The translations under genes and the position numbers were made by a program. The notes below the pieces were generated by a model that saw only the letters and a program-made list of their open reading frames with translations, made no database searches and had not been told where the DNA came from. Below, one piece after another: positions 26,385 to 35,498 of a DNA stretch of 48,486 bases. Source of the stretch: Myxococcota bacterium (GTDB taxonomy: Bacteria > Myxococcota > JACRCW01); NCBI GenBank assembly GCA_040752415.1, contig JBFMGU010000053.1, positions 1 through 48,486 of the forward strand. Direction: 5' to 3'. Each line of letters begins with the position of its first letter. Position 1 is the first letter of the stretch.

Positions 26385-28213
26385 AGCTGCTCCAGCACCT
26401 GCAGCGCCATCTGGTACCGACCGAGCGGCGGCATGATGTACACGCCCTGCACGTACGGCTTCACCGCGCGCAGCGTCTCCACGGCAATCCTCACACCTTC
26501 ACGCCGGCCCGCTTCTCCGTCGCCAGCCTTGCGCATGCGCTCGCGAACCTCGTCGGGGACGCGCATGCCGGGGACCTCCTTGTGCAGGAACTCCGCGTTG
26601 CGGCTGGAGGCCAGCGGCAGGATCCCGACGAGGATGGGCAGCCCCAGGCCCTGCGTGTCCTTGAGGAAGCGCAGGAGCACCTCGGGGTCGTAGACGGGCT
26701 GGGTCATGACCAGGTGCGCGCCGGATTCCTTCTTGAGACCCAGGCGGGTCAGCTCGCGGTCGTAGTCGAGGGCCGCGGGCTCCGCGCCGGTGGCGAGCAC
26801 GAAGCGCGTCTGTCCGTCGGTGGGCTTGCCGCCGGGGTCGATGCCGCGGTTGAGGTCGGTGCACAGGCGCAGCAGGCCCACGCTGTCCAGGTCGAACACC
26901 GCGGTGGCGTCGGGATAGTCGCCGGTCTTGGGCGGGTCACCGGTGATGACGACCAGGTTGCGCAGCCCCGCGTAGTCCGCGCCGAGCAGGTCGCTCACCA
27001 GCCCCAGCAGGTTGCGGTCACGACAGCAGAAGTGGACCAGGGTCTCCATCCCCAGCTTCTCCTGCACGTGCGCGGCAAAGGTGAGGTTGTTCATGCGCAC
27101 GGTGGCGCGCGGGCCGTCGGGGATGTTCACCACGTCGACGCCGCCTTCCTTCAGCAGGCGGATGCCCTCCAGGGCCTTGTGCGCGTTGGTGCCGGAGGGG
27201 GGCGAGACTTCCACGCTCACCACGAACTTCTGCCCCAGCTTGCCGCCAAACGTGGTGCGCTCACTGAGGGGGACCTCCGGCCTGCCGGGCATCTCGCTGG
27301 CGGAGATGTTGTGTCGCGCGCGCACCTGCACCCGGCCGCCGCTCATCATGCGCACCGCGGCGCTCACCCGCTTGATGTGCTCCGGCGTGGTTCCGCAGCA
27401 TCCACCCACGATACGCGCTCCCGCCTTCAGAAAACGGCGCGCGTAGACGCCAAAGTACTCGGGCGTGGACAGGTACAGGCTGCGACCCTCGATGACGCGC
27501 GGGTGACCTGCGTTGGGCTGCACGCTGATGGGAATGCCCAGCGGCGCCATCCCCTCGACGACGGGCAGCAGCATCTCCGGACCGCCGTTGCAGTTGGCGC
27601 CCACCACGTCGGCACCGGCGCGCTTCAGCCGTTCCGCCACCTCCCGCGGCGTGGTGCCCAGGCGGGAGAGCCCGTTCTCCTCGAAGCGCAGCTGCGCCAC
27701 CTTGGGGAGCGGGATGTCCTTGCACGCCTCCAACGCCAGCTCCATCTCCGCCACCAACGGAATGGTCTCGAAGATGAGGAGGTCCGCGCCGGCCTCGTAC
27801 AGCGCGCGCGCCTGCTCGGCGTAGGCGTTGCGGACGGCGGAGCGGGTGCTGTCGCTGATGAGGGCCTCCGCGTCGAGGTTGGAGGGACCAATGGCGCCGG
27901 CCACGTACGCGCGGTCCGCGGCCACCTTCCGCGCCAGCTTCACCGCGGCGGTGTTGATGGCCACCGTCTTGTCCTCCAGGCCGTGGCGCGCCAGGGCCAC
28001 GCGGGAGGCGCCGTAGGTGTTGGTCTCCAGGATGTCCGCACCCGCGTCGACGTACGCGCGGTGCACGGACTCCACCGTCTCCGGAGCGGACAGGCACAAC
28101 TCGTCGAAGGAGCGGTTGATGTAGACGCCACGCTCGTACAGATACGTGCCCATGGCGCCGTCACACACCATGGGGGATTCCTGGAGCGCCTTGAGGAATG
28201 GGGGAAGGCTCAT
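26381..28213 (-). CDS. yitJ: Bifunctional homocysteine S-methyltransferase / 5,10-methylenetetrahydrofolate reductase
   Basis: DGAMGT, ETNTYG, GANC and GGCCGTTPEHI (Zn-HMT) fused to an MTHFR domain (VEVSPP, HFCCRDRN, ITGDPP, MTQPVYD). Confidence 0.92.
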   Translation of the reverse strand: MSLPPFLKALQESPMVCDGAMGTYLYERGVYINRSFDELCLSAPETVESVHRAYVDAGADILETNTYGASRVALARHGLEDKTVAINTAAVKLARKVAADRAYVAGAIGPSNLDAEALISDSTRSAVRNAYAEQARALYEAGADLLIFETIPLVAEMELALEACKDIPLPKVAQLRFEENGLSRLGTTPREVAERLKRAGADVVGANCNGGPEMLLPVVEGMAPLGIPISVQPNAGHPRVIEGRSLYLSTPEYFGVYARRFLKAGARIVGGCCGTTPEHIKRVSAAVRMMSGGRVQVRARHNISASEMPGRPEVPLSERTTFGGKLGQKFVVSVEVSPPSGTNAHKALEGIRLLKEGGVDVVNIPDGPRATVRMNNLTFAAHVQEKLGMETLVHFCCRDRNLLGLVSDLLGADYAGLRNLVVITGDPPKTGDYPDATAVFDLDSVGLLRLCTDLNRGIDPGGKPTDGQTRFVLATGAEPAALDYDRELTRLGLKKESGAHLVMTQPVYDPEVLLRFLKDTQGLGLPILVGILPLASSRNAEFLHKEVPGMRVPDEVRERMRKAGDGEAGRREGVRIAVETLRAVKPYVQGVYIMPPLGRYQMALQVLEQL

Positions 28214-28491
28214 GGCTGCGGGGCAACCTAGCATCAATTGGCCACGGAGGTGACGCACAACGTCATCGACGTGATCTTGGACGCGGGCGGGGCAGCGCCC
28301 GGGCGCACCTTGCTTGGGCTGCTGCCGTCTTCACCGCTGGAGAGAGCTCGACAAACCGCTGGGCCACCATGTTGGCGACGGACTTGCGAACAGACTTTCC
28401 CATCGTGCCTCCGTCTCCACGTCGAGTGGCGCGACACGGTGGTTCGATGTTCAAGCTTGACGCCGACCCAGGCGGACGGTCTGATCCCTTC

Positions 28492-29130
28492 ATGGACGCT
28501 CAGCAACTGCTCCAGGAAGTCCTGGCGGGACGTGCGCCACCCCTTCGCCAGCTCACCGTGGGCGAGGTCCACCGCATGTTCGAGTTGGGAGTGCTGCGCG
28601 ACGGCGAGGCGGTCGAGCTGATTCACGGCGTGTTGGTCCGCAAGGACCGCGCCGCAACTGGTGACAACACCATGATCCACGGACCTCGCCACGCCCAGGC
28701 AGTGATGCGACTGCAGCGTCTCGATGAGCGCTTCCGGTCGCACGGCTTCCACCTCCGGACGCAACTGCCGGTGACACTTTCGGACACCGAGGAGCCCGAA
28801 CCGGACGCGGTCATGGTTCGCGGCGAGCTGGGCGCCTACGAGACGCGACATCCGGGCGGCTCCGACGTTGCCGTGGTGGTCGAGGTCGCGGACAGCTCGC
28901 TGGCCTATGACCGGACCACCAAGCTCCAGCTCTACGCGGCGCACGGCATCCCGACCTATGCCATTCTCAACCTCCGGGATGACGTCGTGGAGCTCCACGC
29001 TCGGCCGGATGTGGCGTCGATGCGCTATCTGGCGCGGGAAGTGTTGGCCGTAGGCGACGTGTGGTCCATCCCCATCGGCGCCGACGTGATCACCGTGGAG
29101 GTGGCGAGCCTGGTCCCGCCGCGCCCGTGA
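28492..29130 (+). CDS. Uma2 family (PD-(D/E)XK) endonuclease-like protein
   Basis: VELIHG, PEPD, VVEVADSSLAYDRTTKLQLYAAHGIP. Confidence 0.9.
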   Translation: MDAQQLLQEVLAGRAPPLRQLTVGEVHRMFELGVLRDGEAVELIHGVLVRKDRAATGDNTMIHGPRHAQAVMRLQRLDERFRSHGFHLRTQLPVTLSDTEEPEPDAVMVRGELGAYETRHPGGSDVAVVVEVADSSLAYDRTTKLQLYAAHGIPTYAILNLRDDVVELHARPDVASMRYLAREVLAVGDVWSIPIGADVITVEVASLVPPRP

Positions 29131-29259
29131 TGGCAACGGAATACGCCGGTGAGCGCTCCTTGGGGCGCACCGCTCGCCCTCCAGGTCGTGATTCACCGGC
29201 CGGTGGGCGCGGGCGGGATGTGCTGAAGCGCAGCGGCCTCGCTGCTAGAGGAGCGCGCC

Positions 29260-29886
29260 ATGTTGATCCGCGAGACGTTTGAAGTGGGCATGCTGGGATG
29301 CAACTGCACCATCCTGGCCGACAGCGAGACCAAGCAGGCCCTGGTCATTGACCCCGGCGCCGAGGGACCGCGCATCCTGGAGACGCTCCGTCGTCACGGG
29401 CTGACGGTGAACGCGGTGCTGCACACGCACGCGCATATTGACCACGTGGGCGCCACCGCGGAGGTCTGTCAAGCCACCGGCGCCATCGGCTACCTCCACG
29501 ACGACGACGGACCGCTCTACCAGGCGCTCCCGGTGCAGGCGCACATGCTGGGGCTGGGGCGTCTGCCGCGCAGCTACGAGATGAAGCCGCTGCAGGATGG
29601 GACCTCGTACACCGCCGGTGACGTCGAGCTGGGCGTGCTGCACACGCCGGGACACACCATGGGGAGCTGTTGCTTCCTGCTGGAGAAGGCCAGGCTGCTG
29701 CTCAGCGGAGACACGCTGTTCCGTCGTGGCGTGGGCCGCACGGACCTGGGCGGGGACTGGGATACGCTGGTCGCTTCCATCCAGGAGCGCCTCTTCGCCC
29801 TGCCTGACGACGTGGTGGTCATCCCCGGTCACGGCCCCGCCACCACGGTGGGCGAGGAGAAACGGCTCAACCCGTTCCTGCGCTGA
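29260..29886 (+). CDS. MBL-fold metallo-hydrolase (glyoxalase II/YcbL-like)
   Basis: THAHIDH, HTPGHT, SGDTLF, PGHG, EKRLNPF. Confidence 0.95.
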   Translation: MLIRETFEVGMLGCNCTILADSETKQALVIDPGAEGPRILETLRRHGLTVNAVLHTHAHIDHVGATAEVCQATGAIGYLHDDDGPLYQALPVQAHMLGLGRLPRSYEMKPLQDGTSYTAGDVELGVLHTPGHTMGSCCFLLEKARLLLSGDTLFRRGVGRTDLGGDWDTLVASIQERLFALPDDVVVIPGHGPATTVGEEKRLNPFLR

Positions 29887-29895
29887 CCGCGCGGC

Positions 29896-30351
29896 TCAAC
29901 CCGCGTGACGGCTGGTGCTGTCGACGGGCTTGGCAGGTCTGGCCACGGCCACCGGACGGGTCACCGCCATGGGCGTTCCGCCGGGCGCCTTGGGTAGGCG
30001 CGGGTTGTGTCCACACTGGGCGCAGCGCGCGTTGCGCGTCCAGAGTGCCACGTCCGCCAGGCCCGCCTCGGAAGCGCGCGACCATCTCCGTTCCGGTCGC
30101 TGTCTCATGCAGTGCGGGCAGCTCAGGTCGGCCACCATGCGCTGGCCCAGCATCACGCAGACCATTCCCAGCAGCAGGCTTCCCGCCACCAGCAGCCAGT
30201 CAAAGCCCACGTTGCTGCCGTCGTCGAGCATGGCGGCGAGGAAGGCGGCCAGCACCATGACCGCCGCGCCCAGGTGGAACATCCAGTAGCGCTTCACGGC
30301 GGCGCGGTAGCGTTCCACCGTCATGCCCGGGGACGCGGGATTGGCGCTCAT
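29896..30351 (-). CDS. Hypothetical two-TM membrane protein with C-terminal zinc ribbon
   Basis: Two TM helices, then CPHC...CAQC; ATGA overlap with the kinase stop. Confidence 0.7.
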   Translation of the reverse strand: MSANPASPGMTVERYRAAVKRYWMFHLGAAVMVLAAFLAAMLDDGSNVGFDWLLVAGSLLLGMVCVMLGQRMVADLSCPHCMRQRPERRWSRASEAGLADVALWTRNARCAQCGHNPRLPKAPGGTPMAVTRPVAVARPAKPVDSTSRHAG

Positions 30352-33300
30352 GCGTGCGCGGCCCTCCGCTCCATCTTGGCCAGGCTGTCCTCCAGGTGCG
30401 CGCCGTACCGTCGGTAGCCGGTGCGCTCCGCGCGCGCCACGCCTTCCTCCAGCGCCTCCCGCGCGCCGTCCTCGTCGTCAAGCGCCACGCGCGCCAGCCC
30501 CAGGTACCACAGCCCAATCAACGTGAGCCGGTTGGCCTCCTGCGCGCGCGCCCGGGACAATCCCGTCTCCAGGTCCTTCATGCCCGCCTCGGTGTTGCCG
30601 GAGCGCACCAGCGCCAGGCCGCGCGCCATCATGGCCTCCGCGCCCAGGTTGGCGAGCAGCAGCTGGTCCGCCAGGTTGCACGCACGTCGCGCCGCCTCCA
30701 GCGCTTCCTTGTCGCGCTCATCCGCCAGGTACGCCTGCGCAATGACGACGTCGGCGTAGACGGTGGCCTCCAGCGCGCCGGTCCCCTCGAACGCCTTGCG
30801 CGCCTCCTCGTACGCCTTCAGCGCTTCATCGACGCGCCCCTGGTCCTTGGCCGCCACGCCCAGGTTCAACGTGGTCTGGGCCACCATGCGACGGTGCCCG
30901 ACGGAAAGCGCCAGCTCACGCGCCTTGCGGTAGTTCGCCTCCGCGTCGGCAAAGTCGCCCTGCTCATGCGCAATGATGCCCAGCACGTTGATGCAGTGGC
31001 ACGCGCGCAACCGCTCACCACGGGCCTGCGCCTGCGTCAGCACCTGGCTGTAGTCACGACGGGCGGCCTCCAGGTTGCCGGTATCCAGCCGACGTCCCGC
31101 AATGGCCATGCGCGCGCTCTGCTCTTCCTGCTCGTCGCCAATGGCGCGGGCCAGCTCCAGCGCTTCCATGGCGTAGCGCAGTCCGCGGTCGGGCTGGCCA
31201 CGACGTTCGTAGATGTGCGCGCACAGCCGCTTGGCGCGACACCGCAGCCGGTGCGCCCCACCACGCTCCGTGACGCTGAGCACCTGCGTGATGAGGCCCA
31301 GGGCCTTCTCGGTGTCGCCCAGGAAGGTCTCCGCGTTGGCCTGGTGGAACAGCGCCTCCGCGGCGAGGCGGGGATCCACCTTGGGAGACAGCGAGGGCAG
31401 CTTCTCCCGGCACAGCCGCGCCACCTCCTTCATGTTGCCCAGCACCGTCAGCGTCTCCAGGCGCATGAGCAGCACTTCCATCTGCCGCTTCTGCAGCGCG
31501 GGGTCGGTGAGCGCGCGGTTGCCCTGTCCATCCAGGATCTGCTGCGCCTCCGTGACGTAGCGGAGCGCGGCGCGGGTGGCGCTGACGTCGAGGGCGCGGC
31601 GGGTGGATTGCGCCAGGTAGTCGAACGCGCGCAGCGGCTCACCGCCCAGCTTGTAGTGACGCGCCAGCGCCTCGGGCTCCGCGCCACGACCCGTCCGTCG
31701 GCCGTGGTCCTCCAGGCTGTGCGCCACCAGGAGGTGGAAGCGCGCGCGCCGCTCCGGGTCCAGGGATTGGTTGATCCCCAGGCGCATCTCCTCGGAGACG
31801 AACTCGTAGCTGTCGTCCTCGTGGGCCTCCACCAGGATGTTGCGCTTGAGCAGCTCGTCGACGGCGTCCAGCACCTCGTCCTCGGGACGGAGCACCACGC
31901 GCAACAGCACGTCACCGCTCAGGCGACCCTCCAGCACGCTGGCGCGCTCGGCCACGTCGCGGGCGGCTTCACTGAGGGAGACCAGGCGCTCCTCGACGGG
32001 CTCCGCGCGCTGCGAGAGCGGCACCGGCACGTCATTGGAGGTGGCGTGCTCCAGGTCAATGAAGTTCTGACCCTTGCCCGCGCGCATGGCCCACTTGCCA
32101 CCGGTGCGCACCAGGTCGCCGCGGTCGGCCCAGGCACGGATGCGCTCCTCGACGAGGAACGGCACGCCGCCCGTCTCCTTGTACAGCGCTTCACCCACGG
32201 CGGTGGCCACCTCCTCACCACCCACCATGGCGCGGAGCATCTGGGCCGCCTCGTCGGCGGAGAGCGCCTTGAGGGAGACCGAGCGGAAGCGCGAGAGCCC
32301 ACTGAGCTCGGCCACCAGCTTGCTGGAGGGACTCTCCGCGTCAACGAGCGAGGGGTCCAGCGTCAACACCACGCTGATGCGCTCACCCTTGCCGCGCTCC
32401 GGCACCACCAGCCGGTTCACCAGGTACTGCACCAGCTCCAGGGAGGCCTCGTCGGCGGCATGGATGTCGTCGAACACCAGCACCCGCGGACGCTTACGGG
32501 TGGCGCGCGTGACGGTGTCCGCCACCGCGGCACGGAAGCGCACGCCCTCGTCGTCGGGATTGAGCGCGGCGGCGGCCTTGGGGCGCACGCTCTGCGGCAG
32601 CTTGTTGAACGCGGGCAGGTGACGGATGAGCACCGGTCCGTCGCCACCCAGCAGCTCCTCCACCTCCGCGGCGGGGCGCGCCACCAGCTGCCGCAACAGC
32701 TCCTCGAAGATCTCCGTGAAGACGCCGTAGGGCTGTCCCGCCGTCTTGGCCGCGTTGCCCCACAGGAAGTCCGGCACGCGCTCCTTGAGCTCCGCGGCGG
32801 CCTCCTTCAGCAGGCGGCTCTTCCCGCTGCCGGTGACGCCGCTGATGACCACCACGTGGCCCTCACCCTTGGCCGTCCGCTCCAGCGCACCGGAGATGGA
32901 GCCCAGCTCACCGCGTCGCCCGACGAGCGCGGGGGCGAACAGCGGGTCCTTGGACATCTGGAAGGGCGGCGGCGCCAGCTTGCCCGTCTGGTCCTGCAGC
33001 GAGCGGATGCGCTCATCCAGGCCCTTCACCGCGTCGCGGATGGCGGCCACCACGTCGTCAGCGGTGGGGTAGCGCTTCTCCGGCTCCTTCTGCAGCAGCC
33101 GCTCCGCAATGCCGCGCAGGCCCGGATCCACCTCGGGATTGAACTTGGTGATGGGCGGAGGCGTGGTGCGCGCGTGGTGATACGCGTAGCCCACGCTGGT
33201 CTCGGAGAAGAACGGGTGACGACCCGCCAGCAGCTCGTAGAGGATGACCCCCAGGCAGTAGAGGTCCGCGCGCCCGTCGATCTCGATGCCCAGCGCCTGC

Positions 33301-33923
33301 TCCGGGGACAGGTACTTGAACGTCCCCACCACCATGCCGCCGCTGCTGGTCTCCCCGCTCGACGAGTGACTGATCTGCTTGGCAATGCCAAAGTCCATCA
33401 GCTTGGCCACGCCGTTGCCGGTGACCATGATGTTGTCCGGCTTGAGGTCGCGGTGGACGATGCGGTGCGCGTGGATGGCGCCGAGCGCGAAGCCCACCTG
33501 CACAATGGCCTCCGCCATGCGACGCACGCGCTGCGGCTCATTGAGCCTGGCCCGCTGGTTCTCCGGCAGCGTCCCGGACGGGGGCGGGTCCTTGCCCACC
33601 TTCACAATCGGCTCGTCGCCATCCAGCCAGCGGCGGATGTCCTTGCCCTCGACGAGCTCCATGGTGAAGTACGGCGCGCCCCGGTAGTTCCCCGCCTCGA
33701 AGACGCGGATGACGTTGGGGTGGATCACACGACGGATGGCGCGGAACTCACGCTTGAAACGCAGCGCGCTGTCCGTCTTGTCCACGGCCTCCGGCGGGAG
33801 CATCTTGAGCGCCACGATCTGGCCGGTCCGCTCGTCGCGGGCGCGGTAGACAACGCCCATGCCGCCCCGGCCAATCTCGCCGAGCAGGCTGTAGTCCCCG
33901 ATCCGTTCCGGCGCCGAGAGCAA
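30348..33923 (-). CDS. Ser/Thr protein kinase - AAA/STAND ATPase - TPR protein
   Basis: GRGGMG, VALK, HRDLKPDN, DFG, YLSPE; LVGR, Walker A GVTGSGKS, Walker B FDDIH; TPR-like C-terminus. Confidence 0.95.
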   Translation of the reverse strand: MLSAPERIGDYSLLGEIGRGGMGVVYRARDERTGQIVALKMLPPEAVDKTDSALRFKREFRAIRRVIHPNVIRVFEAGNYRGAPYFTMELVEGKDIRRWLDGDEPIVKVGKDPPPSGTLPENQRARLNEPQRVRRMAEAIVQVGFALGAIHAHRIVHRDLKPDNIMVTGNGVAKLMDFGIAKQISHSSSGETSSGGMVVGTFKYLSPEQALGIEIDGRADLYCLGVILYELLAGRHPFFSETSVGYAYHHARTTPPPITKFNPEVDPGLRGIAERLLQKEPEKRYPTADDVVAAIRDAVKGLDERIRSLQDQTGKLAPPPFQMSKDPLFAPALVGRRGELGSISGALERTAKGEGHVVVISGVTGSGKSRLLKEAAAELKERVPDFLWGNAAKTAGQPYGVFTEIFEELLRQLVARPAAEVEELLGGDGPVLIRHLPAFNKLPQSVRPKAAAALNPDDEGVRFRAAVADTVTRATRKRPRVLVFDDIHAADEASLELVQYLVNRLVVPERGKGERISVVLTLDPSLVDAESPSSKLVAELSGLSRFRSVSLKALSADEAAQMLRAMVGGEEVATAVGEALYKETGGVPFLVEERIRAWADRGDLVRTGGKWAMRAGKGQNFIDLEHATSNDVPVPLSQRAEPVEERLVSLSEAARDVAERASVLEGRLSGDVLLRVVLRPEDEVLDAVDELLKRNILVEAHEDDSYEFVSEEMRLGINQSLDPERRARFHLLVAHSLEDHGRRTGRGAEPEALARHYKLGGEPLRAFDYLAQSTRRALDVSATRAALRYVTEAQQILDGQGNRALTDPALQKRQMEVLLMRLETLTVLGNMKEVARLCREKLPSLSPKVDPRLAAEALFHQANAETFLGDTEKALGLITQVLSVTERGGAHRLRCRAKRLCAHIYERRGQPDRGLRYAMEALELARAIGDEQEEQSARMAIAGRRLDTGNLEAARRDYSQVLTQAQARGERLRACHCINVLGIIAHEQGDFADAEANYRKARELALSVGHRRMVAQTTLNLGVAAKDQGRVDEALKAYEEARKAFEGTGALEATVYADVVIAQAYLADERDKEALEAARRACNLADQLLLANLGAEAMMARGLALVRSGNTEAGMKDLETGLSRARAQEANRLTLIGLWYLGLARVALDDEDGAREALEEGVARAERTGYRRYGAHLEDSLAKMERRAAHA

Positions 33924-34040
33924 GAGCGCTTCACCTCAAGCGAATCAGCCTCGGATGCTAGGTGGCCCGGGCCGCCTCGGCAAACGCTTTGCCCCCTCGG
34001 GGATGGCACCGCCCGCCGGGGACGGGTTAGAGGGCAGGTC

Positions 34041-35390
34041 ATGAGACGTGTGCAGCTGGCGGCAGCCGCCGCCCTGGTGCCGCTGATGTGCGGCGGGACG
34101 TGCCTGGGTGAGGTGAAACCGGAGCCTTCAGCCTGGGACCGGCCCGGTGGCGCCGCGCAGGATCCCGCGCCCCTGGCCCGCCCCGCTCCGTCCGTCGTCG
34201 ACGGCGGCATGGACGACGGCGGCATGACCACCGACGCCGGCCCCGCGGACCCGTTCCCCGACGAGGCCGCGCTGCGGACCGCGGTCAAGCCCCCCAGCCT
34301 GTGCTTCTCCGACCCCAGTGCGTGCGGTCTGGCCAGCCCGGCCATGAGCCTGAGCGCGCTGCGCCCTACCGAGGAGACCCTGGACCGCGTGGAGGCCGCG
34401 TTGAAGGTCCACCCGGAGTGGCCGTTGCCCTCGCGCATGCTGCACTGCGAGACGCTGGCCGCGTTCCGTCCCCTCGCCGGCGTGAGCTGTGTCGGCGCGC
34501 TGGCTGACGACGGGGGCATCCTGGAAGTGGCCCGCCGCACGCAGCTGCTGATGCTGCTGGAGATCCTGGGTCGTCACGGCAATGGGCTCACGGTGAAGTG
34601 GCTGCGTCACCAGGACGTGAACGTGCGTCGCGACGTGGCCGCATGGGTGGCGACGCGCGCGGTGGATGACACGTTGGTGGACCCGTTGCTGGAGGCGCTG
34701 GATCACGAGCCGGATGCGCGCGCGGGTGTATCCCTGATCCGTGCTTTCTCGACGCTGCTGACCCCCAAGGCGCTGCCGCTCCTCTCCGCGATCGTGAACG
34801 GATCGTCGCAGCCGGAAGCGCGGGCGGAGGCGGTGCGGGTGATCGCCGACATCCTGGGACCGCAGGCGCGCGACTTCCTCCGTCGGGTGCCGCGCCAGGA
34901 GGGCGTGGTGGGTCAGGCGGTGGTCGAGGCGCTGGACCGGCTGGATCACCTGGAGCAGGGCTGGGATCCCTACGTCTTCGAGGTGCCGCTGCACGTCATG
35001 GTGCAACGTCCCGACGTGGTGGCGGGCGGTTGGGCGTTCATGGAGGACTTCAAGCGTCGTCGCGGCGGGCCCATGCCGGTGGCCACGGGAGCGCGGCTCA
35101 CGCGTGAGGAGCTGGACCTGCTGTTGCGTCGCCTCGTCGACGCGGGCGGCTTCGGTCTCACCGTGGCGCTGCCCACGCTGGCCATCAACGCCAGGCTGGA
35201 GGACCTGCAGCACCTGATGGATCTCCGTCGAGCCATTGCCGCGGCGCGCCTGCGCGAGCACGACGCCATGAGCGAGGACGTCACGCGCGTGATGCAGGTG
35301 GTGCGCACCCACTTCGTCCTCGGGCGGGCCACGCGCTGGTGGTACGCCAACCAGGTTTCCGAGGGAGACCCGCTGCGCTTCAACCCCTGA
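34041..35390 (+). CDS. Exported HEAT-repeat-like hypothetical protein
   Basis: Only the 3' part of the 1678-aa ORF is gene-like; signal peptide at ATG 34041, DGG/DAG linker, HEAT-like LRHQDVNVRRDVA and PEARAEAVRVIA. Confidence 0.7.
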   Translation: MRRVQLAAAAALVPLMCGGTCLGEVKPEPSAWDRPGGAAQDPAPLARPAPSVVDGGMDDGGMTTDAGPADPFPDEAALRTAVKPPSLCFSDPSACGLASPAMSLSALRPTEETLDRVEAALKVHPEWPLPSRMLHCETLAAFRPLAGVSCVGALADDGGILEVARRTQLLMLLEILGRHGNGLTVKWLRHQDVNVRRDVAAWVATRAVDDTLVDPLLEALDHEPDARAGVSLIRAFSTLLTPKALPLLSAIVNGSSQPEARAEAVRVIADILGPQARDFLRRVPRQEGVVGQAVVEALDRLDHLEQGWDPYVFEVPLHVMVQRPDVVAGGWAFMEDFKRRRGGPMPVATGARLTREELDLLLRRLVDAGGFGLTVALPTLAINARLEDLQHLMDLRRAIAAARLREHDAMSEDVTRVMQVVRTHFVLGRATRWWYANQVSEGDPLRFNP

Positions 35391-35442
35391 GAAGCAACGG
35401 TCCGGGTTGGCACGACCGCAGGTGTTCACGGTGAAGGACGGG

Positions 35443-35488
35443 GATGACGCGAACACCCGATCGGCTCCGTGTGGGTGTTCGCGTCGTC
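35443..35488. terminator. Strong hairpin between convergent genes (possible bidirectional terminator or repeat-family-B relative)
   Basis: GACGCGAACACCC/GGGTGTTCGCGTC perfect 13-bp stem, extendable to 16 bp; no clear U-tract. Confidence 0.45.
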
Positions 35489-35498
35489 GTTCACATCT

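Noticed and set aside
28214..28491. SAM or cobalamin riboswitch upstream of yitJ
   Set aside because: I could not find the conserved cores on the minus strand; only a short palindrome TGACG-N5-CGTCA (28251-28265) of unknown meaning
28492..29130. Uma2 nuclease as a defence system or as mobiliser of the repeats
   Set aside because: Solitary, belongs to a family commonly expanded in myxobacteria, and is not flanked by either repeat family
30354..34040. 5' two-thirds of the 1678-aa + strand ORF
   Set aside because: Antisense shadow of the kinase gene in high-GC DNA; only 34041-35390 has gene-like composition and a signal peptide
35408..35424. TTGGCACG sigma54-like -24 box (similar case on the minus strand near 40268-40284)
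   Set aside because: No GC dinucleotide at the -12 position
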